The translations under genes and the position numbers were made by a program. A DNA stretch of 64,000 nt, taken from NCBI RefSeq assembly GCF_048287415.1, contig NZ_JBLWEN010000001.1, positions 88,790 through 152,789 of the forward strand. The letters run 5' to 3'. This DNA is from Candidatus Electronema sp. JM. Its GTDB lineage: Bacteria > Desulfobacterota > Desulfobulbia > Desulfobulbales > Desulfobulbaceae. Numbering within the stretch: position 1 is the stretch's first letter; each line of letters opens with the position of its first letter. Of this stretch, positions 46,024 through 55,545 are shown one piece after another. The notes under the pieces are model-generated. The model did not search any database. It saw only the letters and a list, made by a program, of their open reading frames with translations, and had not been told where the DNA came from.

Positions 46024-47334
46024 TCACAGCTCGTTCTGCCACTCAGCCAGCAGTCGCAAGGCCAGCTCGGCCCGCTGGCCGCCTCGGTCTTTTTTGCGCA
46101 CTCGGCCCGACAGCGGCGGGAAGAGGCCGAAGTTGACATTCGAGGGTTGAAAATGGGCCGGATCGGTTTCAGTGAGATGACGGATAAGTGCGCCAAGAGC
46201 AGTGCCTGCGGGCGGCGCGGCCATTGTTTGCCCCTGCGCCAAGCGGGCGGCGTTGATACCTGCCAGCAGACCCATCGCCGTTGACTCCACATAGCCCTCG
46301 ACCCCGGAAAGCTGTCCGGCAAGGAAGAGGCCGGGCCGCTTTTTCATCTGTAAAAATGGATCAAGCAAGACCGGGGCGCAGATGAAGGTGTTGCGGTGAA
46401 TGGAGCCGAGACGGACGAACTCCGCCTGCTCCAAGCCGGGAATAGTGCGGAAAACCCGCTGCTGCTCGGCATAGGTGAGCTTGGTCTGGAAGCCGACGAG
46501 ATTGTACGAAGTGCCGTCGAGGTTCTCGGCCCGCAGCTGGACAACCGCGTGCGGCTCCCTGCCGGTGCGCGGATCAGCCAAGCCGACCGGCTTCATCGGC
46601 CCGAAACGCAGGGTGTCCTTGCCGCGTGCGCACATCACCTCAATCGGCAGGCAGCCCTCAAAATACTTCGGCTCCTCGAACGCCTTCAGCGGCACGGTTT
46701 GGGCATTGCCGAGCAAGTCAATGAAGGCGTTGTACTCCGCCTCATCCATCGGGCAGTTGAGGTAATCGCCCGGCGTGTCGTCATCCCAGCGCGATTTGCG
46801 GTAGATACGCTTCATGTTGAGCGAGTCTGCGGCCACAATCGGGGCGATGGCATCGTAGAAAGCGAGATGCTGTTCTCCGGTCAGAGCGATCAAGCTGGCG
46901 GTCATGGCCTCGGAGGTCAGCGGCCCGGTGGCGAGAATCACCGGCCTGTCCGTCTCCGGCAGGGCTGTGACTTCCTCGCGGATGACGGTGATGCGCGGAT
47001 GCGCGTCCATAACTCTGGTCAGATATTCAGCAAACTGCTGCCGGTCAACCGCCAGTGCTGTGCCTGCCGGAACCGCGCTGGCCTCCGCCGCCCGGATGAC
47101 CAATGAATACAGCCGCCGCATTTCCTCTTTCAGCAGGCCGACCGCCGAATCCGGCGCATTGGAGCGCAGCGAGTTCGAGCAGACTAATTCGCCGAGCAGC
47201 TCGGATTCGTGCGCCGGGCTGAAGCGCGTCGGCTTCATCTCGTATAATTCGACGGAGCAGCCGCGCTGCGCAGCCTGCCAAGCGGCCTCGCAGCCCGCTA
47301 AGCCGCCGCCGATGATTTTAATGGATGCGGTCAT
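46024..47334 (-). CDS. trmFO: Methylenetetrahydrofolate--tRNA-(uracil-5-)-methyltransferase
   Basis: FAD-binding [16 protein letters not shown], then YEMKP..FSPAH....[12 protein letters not shown] and a GID/TrmFO-type C-terminal half. The 436-aa length is typical. Confidence 0.85.
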   Translation of the reverse strand: MTASIKIIGGGLAGCEAAWQAAQRGCSVELYEMKPTRFSPAHESELLGELVCSNSLRSNAPDSAVGLLKEEMRRLYSLVIRAAEASAVPAGTALAVDRQQFAEYLTRVMDAHPRITVIREEVTALPETDRPVILATGPLTSEAMTASLIALTGEQHLAFYDAIAPIVAADSLNMKRIYRKSRWDDDTPGDYLNCPMDEAEYNAFIDLLGNAQTVPLKAFEEPKYFEGCLPIEVMCARGKDTLRFGPMKPVGLADPRTGREPHAVVQLRAENLDGTSYNLVGFQTKLTYAEQQRVFRTIPGLEQAEFVRLGSIHRNTFICAPVLLDPFLQMKKRPGLFLAGQLSGVEGYVESTAMGLLAGINAARLAQGQTMAAPPAGTALGALIRHLTETDPAHFQPSNVNFGLFPPLSGRVRKKDRGGQRAELALRLLAEWQNEL

Positions 47335-47340
47335 GAAAAA

Positions 47341-48318
47341 TCAGTCCTTGCGCCTGCTGATGCTGACGCGTTGCAGCAGGCGGTTCTGGTCTTTGGCACC
47401 GTCATAGGCAATGACAAGCTGCCAGCTGTCCTGCCGCTCCTCAAGCACAGCCAAGCCCTCAGCCTTGGAGTCCTCGTCCGGCGGCGCAATTTCACCAAGC
47501 AGACACAGCCTGCCCATATCCTCCGGCCTGCGGTCTTTGCCCGGCACCGTGTCTTTGCCGTTCCAATGATAAATTTGATACGAATCTGTCCCGTCGCCCA
47601 CCGGCCCGGCCAAGATCAAAAAACCGTCAGCAACAGTGGCGAGATCGCGGATACCCCGCCCGCCGAGCCGGACATACAGCAGCTCGTATTGTTCCGGCTC
47701 CTCCCAACGCAGCCGCAGCACCGGGACGTAATTGTCCCGGAAGACCGGTCCCCGGAAACCGACATGCAGCCAGCCGTCCTTGACAGCAAGGCCTTCAATG
47801 TCAACGCCGTTCTCTTTGCTGGGAATGCCGCAGAAGGCTTTCAAGGCCGGATCATTATAAATGATGCCGCGCAGACTGATTCTGTCCTTCGCCAGCTCCT
47901 TGCCGTCTTCATTCAGCCGCAGGCGGAAGAGCCAGTCCCGGCTGACCTCGTCTTCAATTTTGTCCTGATGAAAAGTCTCCCGGTTTTCCTTCCAGTTGCG
48001 TTCTTTCTTGATCTTCTTCCGTTTGGAGGAGTGCGAGCCGATGACGTAAGCAAGATCGCCTTCAACGCAGATGCCTTCAATATCCAGCTCCTTGCCTTGC
48101 GTTACGAGGATACTGTGCGCCGCCACGCAGCTGCCGTCGCTGTTTATCGTAAGAAACTGAATGCGATTCTCGTCTCCGTCATGGCCTGATGCCTCGTCTG
48201 CGCCGATGATTAAAAAGGAGCGGAACTTTGCGACCGCGCTCACATTCTCAAGGGCCAAAATTTCGCCTGATATGCTTATAAAGCAAGCAGGTGCCATATC
48301 CTCATTTCTCCATAACAT
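47341..48318 (-). CDS. DUF3616-like protein (hypothetical)
   Basis: Repeated D(I/V)EG(I/L)(A/C)V motifs (DIEGICVEG, VDIEGLAVKDGWLHVGFRGP, AEGLAVLEE) match my recollection of DUF3616. The start overlaps the upstream stop by 17 nt; an alternative internal Met exists. Confidence 0.45.
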   Translation of the reverse strand: MLWRNEDMAPACFISISGEILALENVSAVAKFRSFLIIGADEASGHDGDENRIQFLTINSDGSCVAAHSILVTQGKELDIEGICVEGDLAYVIGSHSSKRKKIKKERNWKENRETFHQDKIEDEVSRDWLFRLRLNEDGKELAKDRISLRGIIYNDPALKAFCGIPSKENGVDIEGLAVKDGWLHVGFRGPVFRDNYVPVLRLRWEEPEQYELLYVRLGGRGIRDLATVADGFLILAGPVGDGTDSYQIYHWNGKDTVPGKDRRPEDMGRLCLLGEIAPPDEDSKAEGLAVLEERQDSWQLVIAYDGAKDQNRLLQRVSISRRKD

Positions 48319-48967
48319 TATATTTCTTAATATGCCTGAAAGCGGTCAACGCATCAAGGATGAAATCAAGCGATCCGGCTGGGCCATTGTAATGATAGAC
48401 ATTCTTCTTAGCCATGACCAATTCTCCGATATGCACTGGTGAAAAATCAGGATCAGCGCATGAAAGCTGGAACCATTCTCCTTCTTTTTTTTGAAACTTC
48501 CCCTGCATGGCTTCGATATCATAATTTGCCACCTGGTCATCTGTCGCCCGCCACATATTGTAGCTGCCATGCCCGACAAGCACGATGCTTTGATATTTTG
48601 GATCAGTGAGAACGTTCATGAAATCCGCTTTGGTAGCCGCAAAAAAATAGTCTATTTTTTCTCCTCTTGCATTAAAATACCACGTCCATGCCGGGTAGCT
48701 TCCCAAAAAGCCGAACGGCGGCGCCCAATAATCATAATCTGAAAAGGCATGTGCGGACAGCAGAATTGCGGCGTTCTTATCTGTTTTTGTAAGTAAATTT
48801 GAAGTGAATGCAATCGCCGCTATTGGTATATAAACTGCGATAAGAATAACAACATATTTTATCAGAGGCTTAATGCTGATAGTTCCAAATTTTTTCTTAA
48901 ATATAACGTGATATAAGCTCATGGGTGTCGTGCATGTTGAAATGATATAGCTTTTTCTTATGATCAA
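48302..48967 (-). CDS. AT-rich membrane-anchored hypothetical protein
   Basis: N-terminal TM helix YVVILIAVYIPIAAIAF. I assigned no family. The ORF-track start at 48967 is TTG, and ATG at 48922 is an alternative. Composition is visibly AT-rich compared with both neighbours. Confidence 0.5.
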   Translation of the reverse strand: MIIRKSYIISTCTTPMSLYHVIFKKKFGTISIKPLIKYVVILIAVYIPIAAIAFTSNLLTKTDKNAAILLSAHAFSDYDYWAPPFGFLGSYPAWTWYFNARGEKIDYFFAATKADFMNVLTDPKYQSIVLVGHGSYNMWRATDDQVANYDIEAMQGKFQKKEGEWFQLSCADPDFSPVHIGELVMAKKNVYHYNGPAGSLDFILDALTAFRHIKKYNVMEK

Positions 48968-49025
48968 AACTCTCAGCGTATATCCATGTCGTCACCTGAC
49001 ATGGCTTTAAATTGAAAAAGCAATG

Positions 49026-50480
49026 TTATAGATCACAACTTGGATTGAGTGTATTGTCCTTCATTTTTTTCACCGGCAGGCTGATGAAAAACGCCGCGCC
49101 CTGCCCCTGCGCACTCTCAACCGTGATTGCGCCACCGTGCTTGGTGATGATCTCGCGGGTCACAGCCAAACCAAGGCCGCTGCCCTTGCCAACTTCCTTG
49201 GTGGTGTAGAAAGGATCAAAGATTTTCTCCATATCCACTGCCGCGATGCCGGGGCCGTTGTCGCGCACTTCAATACGGAGCAGCCCTTCCTCTGCCGCGA
49301 TGCCTGCTTTGAGCAAAATCTGCCCTGCGCCGTCCAAGGCTTGCGCTGCATTGCGGAGAATATTGATCAGAGCCTGCTGGAGCTGCCGCTTGTCAGCGCA
49401 GAAGAGGCCGTCCTGCGTGATTTCAGTGCGGAACTCAAGCGTGTCCGGGATGTCGCCTTTGACCAATTTGCAGGTCTCGCGGATGAACGCGCCCAGCTCC
49501 AGCTCTTTGGGCCGCACTTCGCGGTCATGGGCGAACTCCAGCAGAGAGCGGATGATGTTCCGCGCCCGGTCTGTTTCCTCGTCTATCTGCGCGGCCATTT
49601 CAAGCAGAAAGTCGCTGTCCGGCAGGTTTGCCTCCTGCAATTCTTCCAGCAGTATCTGCGCCGAGGTGCTGGCGTTGGAAAGCGGGTTGTTCAGCTCATG
49701 CGCCACGCCCGCCACCAAAGTGCCGACCGCCGCCATCTTTTCGCTCTGGACGAGCTGCTTCTCGCGCTTGTCTAAAATCTCCATCATGTGACAAATCGCC
49801 TTGCTCACCGCCTGGATTTCCACCGGATCAGCAGCATCTTCCCAGCAGGTGAAATTGCCTGCGGCGATGCTGTGGGTGTAATCCACAATATGCTGAAGCG
49901 GCTGCACAATCAAATTGCGCATCTGCCTGCCAAGAAGCAGGGCCATGCCAGCCACAGCAGCGACAAGGAGCAGTCCGGCAACTTTCAGGCGGGCCAGCTT
50001 CCGGTCTATCGCCTCGCGGATGTTCCGGTTCATCGCCCCAGACAGATTCACCAGCTCCTTGCCTGCGCTGCGGATGGCCTCCTCATTCAGATGACGGCGA
50101 TTCGTCTGAAAGAAGGCGAATTCCGCATCCATGAGCTGGCGATAGCGGAACAGCTCGTCCTGCAAGCGCACCTTAGCCTTGCGGTCTTCCCCAACCTGCT
50201 TTTCCCGAAGCAGCATGAAGGCATTCTCAATCTGCGCTTGGTTCTCAAGGAACTCCTGCTGCTCGCGGTACAGGAGCCAGTTCTTCTCATAACGGCGGAT
50301 TTCCAGCACGGTGTCAGTCAGGGCGGCGACAGACTCCAAGGTGGAGACGCGCTGGCGGATGTCGGCAAGGCCCACAGCCACCATGAGGGTGATCGTGGCG
50401 GCCAGCAGCACCATCAGGCAGTAGCCAAGCTGGATGCGCCGGACAAGGCTGTTCGGTAGACGGCTGATAATGGATTGCAT
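49026..50480 (-). CDS. Sensor histidine kinase (TM, HAMP, HisKA, HATPase), orphan
   Basis: ATG at 50480 (MQSIISRL). Two TM helices, H-box VAGVAHELNNPLSN, and G-boxes DNGPGI and GSGLGLAV. Confidence 0.85.
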   Translation of the reverse strand: MQSIISRLPNSLVRRIQLGYCLMVLLAATITLMVAVGLADIRQRVSTLESVAALTDTVLEIRRYEKNWLLYREQQEFLENQAQIENAFMLLREKQVGEDRKAKVRLQDELFRYRQLMDAEFAFFQTNRRHLNEEAIRSAGKELVNLSGAMNRNIREAIDRKLARLKVAGLLLVAAVAGMALLLGRQMRNLIVQPLQHIVDYTHSIAAGNFTCWEDAADPVEIQAVSKAICHMMEILDKREKQLVQSEKMAAVGTLVAGVAHELNNPLSNASTSAQILLEELQEANLPDSDFLLEMAAQIDEETDRARNIIRSLLEFAHDREVRPKELELGAFIRETCKLVKGDIPDTLEFRTEITQDGLFCADKRQLQQALINILRNAAQALDGAGQILLKAGIAAEEGLLRIEVRDNGPGIAAVDMEKIFDPFYTTKEVGKGSGLGLAVTREIITKHGGAITVESAQGQGAAFFISLPVKKMKDNTLNPSCDL

Positions 50481-50726
50481 AATGCAATAGTGCTCTCTGA
50501 AATGCAACAGCCCTTGCAGGCCCAAGCAGTCTGACCTTTTCTATGCAATCGGGCCAGACTGTTGCCTCTTGCAGCAGCGGCAGGCTGACAGGCTGAATCC
50601 GCACCTGCGCTTGTCAGCGTATATCAAGGCATTGCTGGCGTTTTTCTCAACTGGCACAGACCTTGCATTAATTAAACCAAGTGTACTCGGAACTTCCGCT
50701 TTTCACCACATACAAGGAGAAAAATC

Positions 50727-50912
50727 ATGAAACTCGCCTGCACGCTCCGCTGTCTGCTTGAAGAAACCTTTGCCGCCGCCGCTTTTGCTGAAGAAGGCCA
50801 GCATGAAACCGCACGGGAGCTGCTCCGCAAGGAGGAGGCCGAGCGGGCCGCCCGCCGGGCTGCGTCAGTCGGCGGCGACTGCTGCCTGACAGCGGCAGCC
50901 CCTGCCGCATGA
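50727..50912 (+). CDS. Small hypothetical protein (61 aa)
   Basis: ATG with AAGGAGAAAAATC upstream. Its N-terminal motif is shared with the following micro-ORF (see findings). Confidence 0.4.
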   Translation: MKLACTLRCLLEETFAAAAFAEEGQHETARELLRKEEAERAARRAASVGGDCCLTAAAPAA

Positions 50913-50934
50913 AGTCAGCAGTCAAAGGAATAAA

Positions 50935-51000
50935 AATGCAGCTCAACAGCCTGCTCCGCCTGCTGGCAAAGACTTTTGCCGAGGAGGGCGGGCATAAATG
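50935..51000 (+). CDS. Micro-ORF (21 aa) paralogous to the N-terminus of the preceding small ORF
   Basis: MQLNSLLRLLAKTFAEEGGHK, with AAAGGA 7 nt upstream of the ATG. Too short for the ORF track. Confidence 0.25.
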
Positions 51001-51341
51001 AAGGGGAGCAAAGCACGTGCTGCAGCTGCTCCGCCAGCAAAAGAAAGCAGCCTGCCACTCTCGCCGCCGCCATCTGACACCAGCGCGGCTCAACTCGGCA
51101 CTCTTCTGTTTTTTTCTCGCAGCATCCTAAAAATACGGCTGTTTCAGCCTGCCGTGTTATTTCAGCGTTCTTCCTGCTGAAATAATGTGTCAGGCTGCTG
51201 TTTTCCTCTTTGCTTCCGCCGCAGAATTGAGTAAATAACTCCCGCTGAAGCTGCGTGCGCAGCACTGTCTGCCAGTCTGCGCCGCAACCTGCTCTGCCTG
51301 CAAACAAATTGAACCACTTCAACATAAAGGAGAGACCAACG

Positions 51342-52265
51342 ATGTACATGTACCTGCCTGTCGCCCTCACCAGCGTGAACTTCCTGCTGGTGTCGGGCAT
51401 CGGATTCACGGTCGGAATGCTGTCCGGCCTTTTCGGCGTGGGAGGTGGCTGGCTGATGACCCCCCTGCTGATGATGATCGGCATTCCGCCCACCATTGCT
51501 GCGGGCACGGACGCGAACCAGATTGTGGCCGCCTCCACCTCCGGCATGTACACCCACTGGCGGCTGGGCAATGTGGACTACAAGATGGGCATCTGTCTGC
51601 TCATCGGCAGCTTCCTCGGCGGCGCTTTCGGCGTGCAGGTCATCAAAGTGCTCACCGCCACTGGCGGCGCGGACTTCCTGATCAAGATCACCTACGTGCT
51701 CATGCTGGGCATAGTCGGCTCCTTCATGTTTGTCGAGAGCCTGACAGCGATGAAGAAGGCCAAGAGCGGCGAGGCCAAGCCTGCCGCGCCAAAGGACAAT
51801 GCCAAGAAGAGCCTGATCATGCGTCTGCCCTTGCAGACCACCTTTGAGAAGTCCGGCGTGTCCTTCTCCGCGCTGGTGCCGGTGGGCCTTGGCGCCTTTG
51901 TCGGCCTGCTGGCGGCGATCATGGGCGTGGGCGGCGGCTTCCTCATGGTGCCGGTGATGATCTACATGCTGCGCATTCCGATGCACGTGGTGGTCGGCAC
52001 CAGCCTGTTCCAGATCCTCTTCACCTGCATTGAGGTGACCTTCCTGCAAGCCTACTACAACCGGACTGTTGACTTCCTCCTCGCCCTGCTCCTCCTGATC
52101 GGCTCGGTCTTCGGCGCACAGATCGGAGCGAAGCTGGGCCGCAAGCTGCACGGCGACCAGCTCAAGATCCTCCTTTCCGTCATCGTCCTGTCCGTGACCG
52201 TGAAGCTGGTTTTCGACTTGATACTCCAGCCTGCCAACCTGCTTTCCTACGCTGGAGGACATTGA
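51342..52265 (+). CDS. TSUP-family (TauE/SafE) anion exporter/permease
   Basis: ATG at 51342 with AAAGGAGAG RBS. The internally duplicated 4-TM halves each carry a G.GGG..M.P.L motif (GLFGVGGGWLMTPLLM and IMGVGGGFLMVPVMIY). Confidence 0.85.
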   Translation: MYMYLPVALTSVNFLLVSGIGFTVGMLSGLFGVGGGWLMTPLLMMIGIPPTIAAGTDANQIVAASTSGMYTHWRLGNVDYKMGICLLIGSFLGGAFGVQVIKVLTATGGADFLIKITYVLMLGIVGSFMFVESLTAMKKAKSGEAKPAAPKDNAKKSLIMRLPLQTTFEKSGVSFSALVPVGLGAFVGLLAAIMGVGGGFLMVPVMIYMLRIPMHVVVGTSLFQILFTCIEVTFLQAYYNRTVDFLLALLLLIGSVFGAQIGAKLGRKLHGDQLKILLSVIVLSVTVKLVFDLILQPANLLSYAGGH

Positions 52266-52267
52266 TC

Positions 52268-53029
52268 ATGCGCATGATGAAAACAGCCCTGCTCGCAGCC
52301 GCCGCGCTCGCGCTCTCCGTTCATGCCGCCGCTGCGGCAAGCATTCAGGCCGCTCCGTCGGACATCAAAATATCCCTGTTCTACCACGGCGCGGCTGTGG
52401 AGGTCAAAGGACAGGCTGCGCCGGGCGAGGACGTGCTGGTCAAAGTCACGCCCTCCGAGCAGCATGAGTTCCACCTCAAATACAAGGGCAAGGCCGCAGG
52501 CATCTTCTGGATGAAGCTCGGCACCTTGGTGTTTGAGAACCTGCCCAGCACCTATCTGCTCGCCTCCTCCGGCCCGGTTGACAAGGTGCTGGACGCGGAG
52601 GCGCGGACTGCCGAGAACGCGGGCTTGGACGCTTTGCAGAAGAAGGCGGTGATCAAGGCGGAGAAAGGCGCGATGCCTGCTGGCGACTGGTTCGGCCAGT
52701 TCCTTGATTTCAAGAAGAAGGAGAAGCTCTACAATGTTGAGGAAGGCACGGTGAAGGTCGGCGCGGACGGCAGCTACAGCTACACGCTGGCCTGGCCGTT
52801 CCAGGCTCCTCCGGGCAGCTACAAGATTGAGGCTGTCACCGCCAAAAACGGCAAGGTGACAGGCCACGCCGAGACAGCGCTCACGGTTGAGCTGACCGGC
52901 ATTGTCGCCCTGCTGGCTAAGATGTCCGCTGACAACCGCACGCTGTACGGCATCATCTCCATTGTCGTGGCTGTCGCCGCCGGTTTCGGCGTGGGCATGA
53001 TCTTCAAGAAGGGCGGCGGCTCGCACTGA
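52268..53029 (+). CDS. TIGR02186/Alph_Pro_TM-like protein (signal peptide + C-terminal TM anchor)
   Basis: Signal peptide MKTALLAAAALALSVHAAAA and C-terminal helix LYGIISIVVAVAAGFGVGMIF. The family call rests on recollection of its usual pairing with a TSUP permease. Start is ambiguous (52268, 52274 or 52277). Confidence 0.5.
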   Translation: MRMMKTALLAAAALALSVHAAAAASIQAAPSDIKISLFYHGAAVEVKGQAAPGEDVLVKVTPSEQHEFHLKYKGKAAGIFWMKLGTLVFENLPSTYLLASSGPVDKVLDAEARTAENAGLDALQKKAVIKAEKGAMPAGDWFGQFLDFKKKEKLYNVEEGTVKVGADGSYSYTLAWPFQAPPGSYKIEAVTAKNGKVTGHAETALTVELTGIVALLAKMSADNRTLYGIISIVVAVAAGFGVGMIFKKGGGSH

Positions 53030-53061
53030 GCATTTCGTTCGGGACGACGCAGCATGTTCAG

Positions 53062-53093
53062 GGGCAGGCCGCTGGTCTGCCCTGTTTTTATTT
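53062..53093 (+). terminator. Rho-independent terminator after the TSUP operon
   Basis: GGGCAGGCC (53062-53070) pairs with GGTCTGCCC (53074-53082, including one G-U pair) and is followed by TGTTTTTATTT. Confidence 0.7.
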
Positions 53094-53208
53094 GCGCACC
53101 GCCGTGCTTGCAGGGTGATTGCGGAACAGGCGGAAAATTGGTTGAATGGGCAGCGTGGCCACGTAGGGGCGGCTCGCGAACCGCCTCCTACTATGCTGTG
53201 AATCATGC

Positions 53209-53293
53209 TTGCACTATAGTGGAAGCAGCCATTGCACTACAGTGGAAACCTCGGTTGCACCATAGTGCAAACATCGGTTGCACTATAGTGCAA
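53209..53293. repeat. Four 16-bp palindromic sites (TTGCACTATAGTGCAA consensus) on an exact 23-bp period
   Basis: Copies start at 53209 (TTGCACTATAGTGGAA), 53232 (TTGCACTACAGTGGAA), 53255 (TTGCACCATAGTGCAA) and 53278 (TTGCACTATAGTGCAA, a perfect palindrome). Confidence 0.9.
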
Positions 53294-53311
53294 CCGCAAG
53301 CCACAGCCTGC

Positions 53312-53326
53312 TGGCCGCTTGGCTGC
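53312..53326 (+). promoter_or_regulatory. Candidate sigma-54 (-24/-12) promoter
   Basis: TGGCCGCTTGGCTGC fits the TGGC-N8-TGC spacing of the TGGCACG-N4-TTGC consensus. It lies 19 nt downstream of the palindrome array and 87 nt upstream of the ROCO ATG. Confidence 0.3.
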
Positions 53327-53412
53327 GAGGAAGCTGCAAGTATCCGAGCCATGCTCGAAGGCATTGCAGGGGCACCCTTAGCACAACCACACACCCACGG
53401 AGGAACGAGGCG

Positions 53413-55434
53413 ATGAGCAAAGAAGAAGCCTTGCAGCTAATTAAAGAGGCTGCGGAGACAGGGGCAACGTGGCTTAATCTCTTTAATCAAGGATTGAGTG
53501 AAATACCACCTGAGGTGTTTGCGCTTAAGCAGCTCACCTATCTTGGTCTCACTCATAATCGTCTCGCCTTTCTACCGCCAGAACTGTTTGAGATGAAGCA
53601 GCTCACCCAGCTTGAACTCAGCGACAATTGCCTTATCTCATTACCGCCTGAGGTGTTTACACTCAAACAATTAACCTTGCTTAACCTCATTCGCAACCAC
53701 CTTGTCACCCTACCGCCAGAGATTAATCAACTACCCAAGTTAAAAGATATTTGGTCTTTCGATAACCCCCTCGTCTCTCCTCCTTACGAAATAGCTATCA
53801 AAGGCATCTCAGCCATACGCGAATACTTCGCTGAAATGGAAGGCGAGAGCAAGGAGCTGGCCGAGGTCAAGATCATCCTTGTGGGCGAAGGCGCATCGGG
53901 CAAGACCTCATTAGTCAGGCGGCTGCGCGGGGAGCAGTTCGACCCGCACGAGCCAATGACGCACGGCATCAGCATCAACAAATGGCGGCCCGCAAGCGCA
54001 GGCCAGCTGCCCTGCTGCAATGTCTGGGACTTCGGCGGCCAAGAGATCATGCACGCCACGCACCAGTTTTTCCTTTCCCGCCGCAGCCTGTACGTCCTTG
54101 TCCTCGACAACCGGCGCGACGAGCGGCCCGAATACTGGCTGCGCTACATCGAAACCTTCGGCGGCGATTCGCCGGTCTTAGTGGTGCTCAACAAGCAGGA
54201 CATCAATCCCGGCTTTGATCTCAACCGGCCTTTTCTGCACGAGAAATACCCGTTCATCAAGGGCTTTTGGCCGCTTTCCTGCCACAGCGGACAGGGCATG
54301 GCGGCATTCACGCAAGCCTTGCACGAGGAGTTAGACAAGGTGCCCTTGAGCAAGAACCGCTGACCCGCAACCTGGTTCCGGGCAAAGGAAAAGCTGGAGC
54401 AGCTGCACGAGCCGCGCATCAACTACGAACGCTTCGAGCAAATCTGCCTTGAAGCCGGGGTGAAGGGCGCGACCACGCAGCAGGTCTTGGTGGATTTCCT
54501 CAACGATCTGGGCACGGTCATTCACTTTGATCAATTTGAGCTGAACGATCATCACGTCCTTAATCCGCAATGGGTGACAGAGGCGGTGTACAAGATCATC
54601 AACGCGCCGTCGGTGGCACATGCCAAGGGCCTGCTGCACGTGGATGCGCTGGCGGACATCTTAGCAAAGAAGAAGGACAGCGAGCATCGTTATTATCCCG
54701 CTGATCACCATTACATCATCGAGCTGATGAAGAAGTTCGAGCTGTGCTATCAAGTGGGTGAGAGCGAGGTGCTGATACCGCAGCTTTTGGCCGTGCCTGA
54801 GCCTTCCTTCACCTTTTATTACAGCAATGCCCTGCGTTTTGTTCTCCATTATGAGGACTTCCTGCCGCCGTCTGTCATGCCCCGCTTTATTGTCAATCGG
54901 CATAAAGAGATTCAAGGCGAACTGCGCTGGCGCAGCGGCGTTGTCCTGAAGAATGCGCAGCTTGATGCCAGCGCGGTGGTGCGGGCGGATGACGAGGCCC
55001 GCCGCATTCATATCGCTGTGACCGGCAAGGAGCGCAAAATCTTCCTCGCCCTGATTTGGCTCACTCTGCGGGAAATCAATGCGGGCTTTGAAGGCTTGAA
55101 GGTCAGCGAGCGCGTGCCCATGCCGGATGAGCCGGAACGCAGCGTGGATTACGAGACACTTCTCAGCTATGCGGAACAGGGCTTGGAAAAGATTATCCCC
55201 GAAGGCACGAAAAAGGCATATAGTGTGAAAGAGCTGCTGGAACGGGTGCATTTCGCCAATGAAAGCGAGGGCAGGCAGATGCTGGCTTTGGCTGAGGGTG
55301 AACGGAAAGGCGGAGCAGTGAACAAAACAGGCGCCGCATTGAACACCATGTTCAAGCTGGAGCCTTCAGTTTTTGGCGTGGGAATCAACCTCAATGCGAT
55401 GTTTGACGCTCTGCTGAAATGGCAGAGGAAGTAA
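53413..55434 (+). pseudogene. ROCO protein (LRR - Roc GTPase - COR) interrupted by one in-frame TGA at 54361-54363
   Basis: LRRs, then the linker NPLVSPPYEIAIKGISAIREYFAE. Roc G1 GEGASGKTS, G3 WDFGGQE, G4 NKQD. The COR region is (TGA)PATWFRAKEKLEQLHEPRINYERFEQIC...VLVDFLNDLGTVIHF...IIELMKKFELCY. ORFs 53278-54363 and 54460-55434 share a frame, with no other stop between them. Confidence 0.8.
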
Positions 55435-55545
55435 GCCCGCAACCGCTTGGGCCTGAGAATCCTAAGTGCTTGGGATTTTGGCCGAGGCGTTGCTTTGAAT
55501 AACTCGCGCAGCTTATTGGCTGCTCTGAAGATAAAGAAATCTGCA

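Noticed and set aside
53209-53293. CRISPR-like interpretation of the 23-bp periodic repeats
   Set aside because: The repeats are only 16 bp with 7-bp spacers, there are four copies, no cas genes lie nearby, and each repeat is itself a palindrome. This fits an operator or enhancer array instead.
54361-54420. Selenocysteine recoding of the in-frame TGA in the ROCO gene
   Set aside because: I found only weak 4-bp pairings (CCCG/CGGG) downstream, nothing resembling a bacterial SECIS stem-loop. The position is a variable linker residue rather than a redox site. It remains a formal possibility under the relevant finding.
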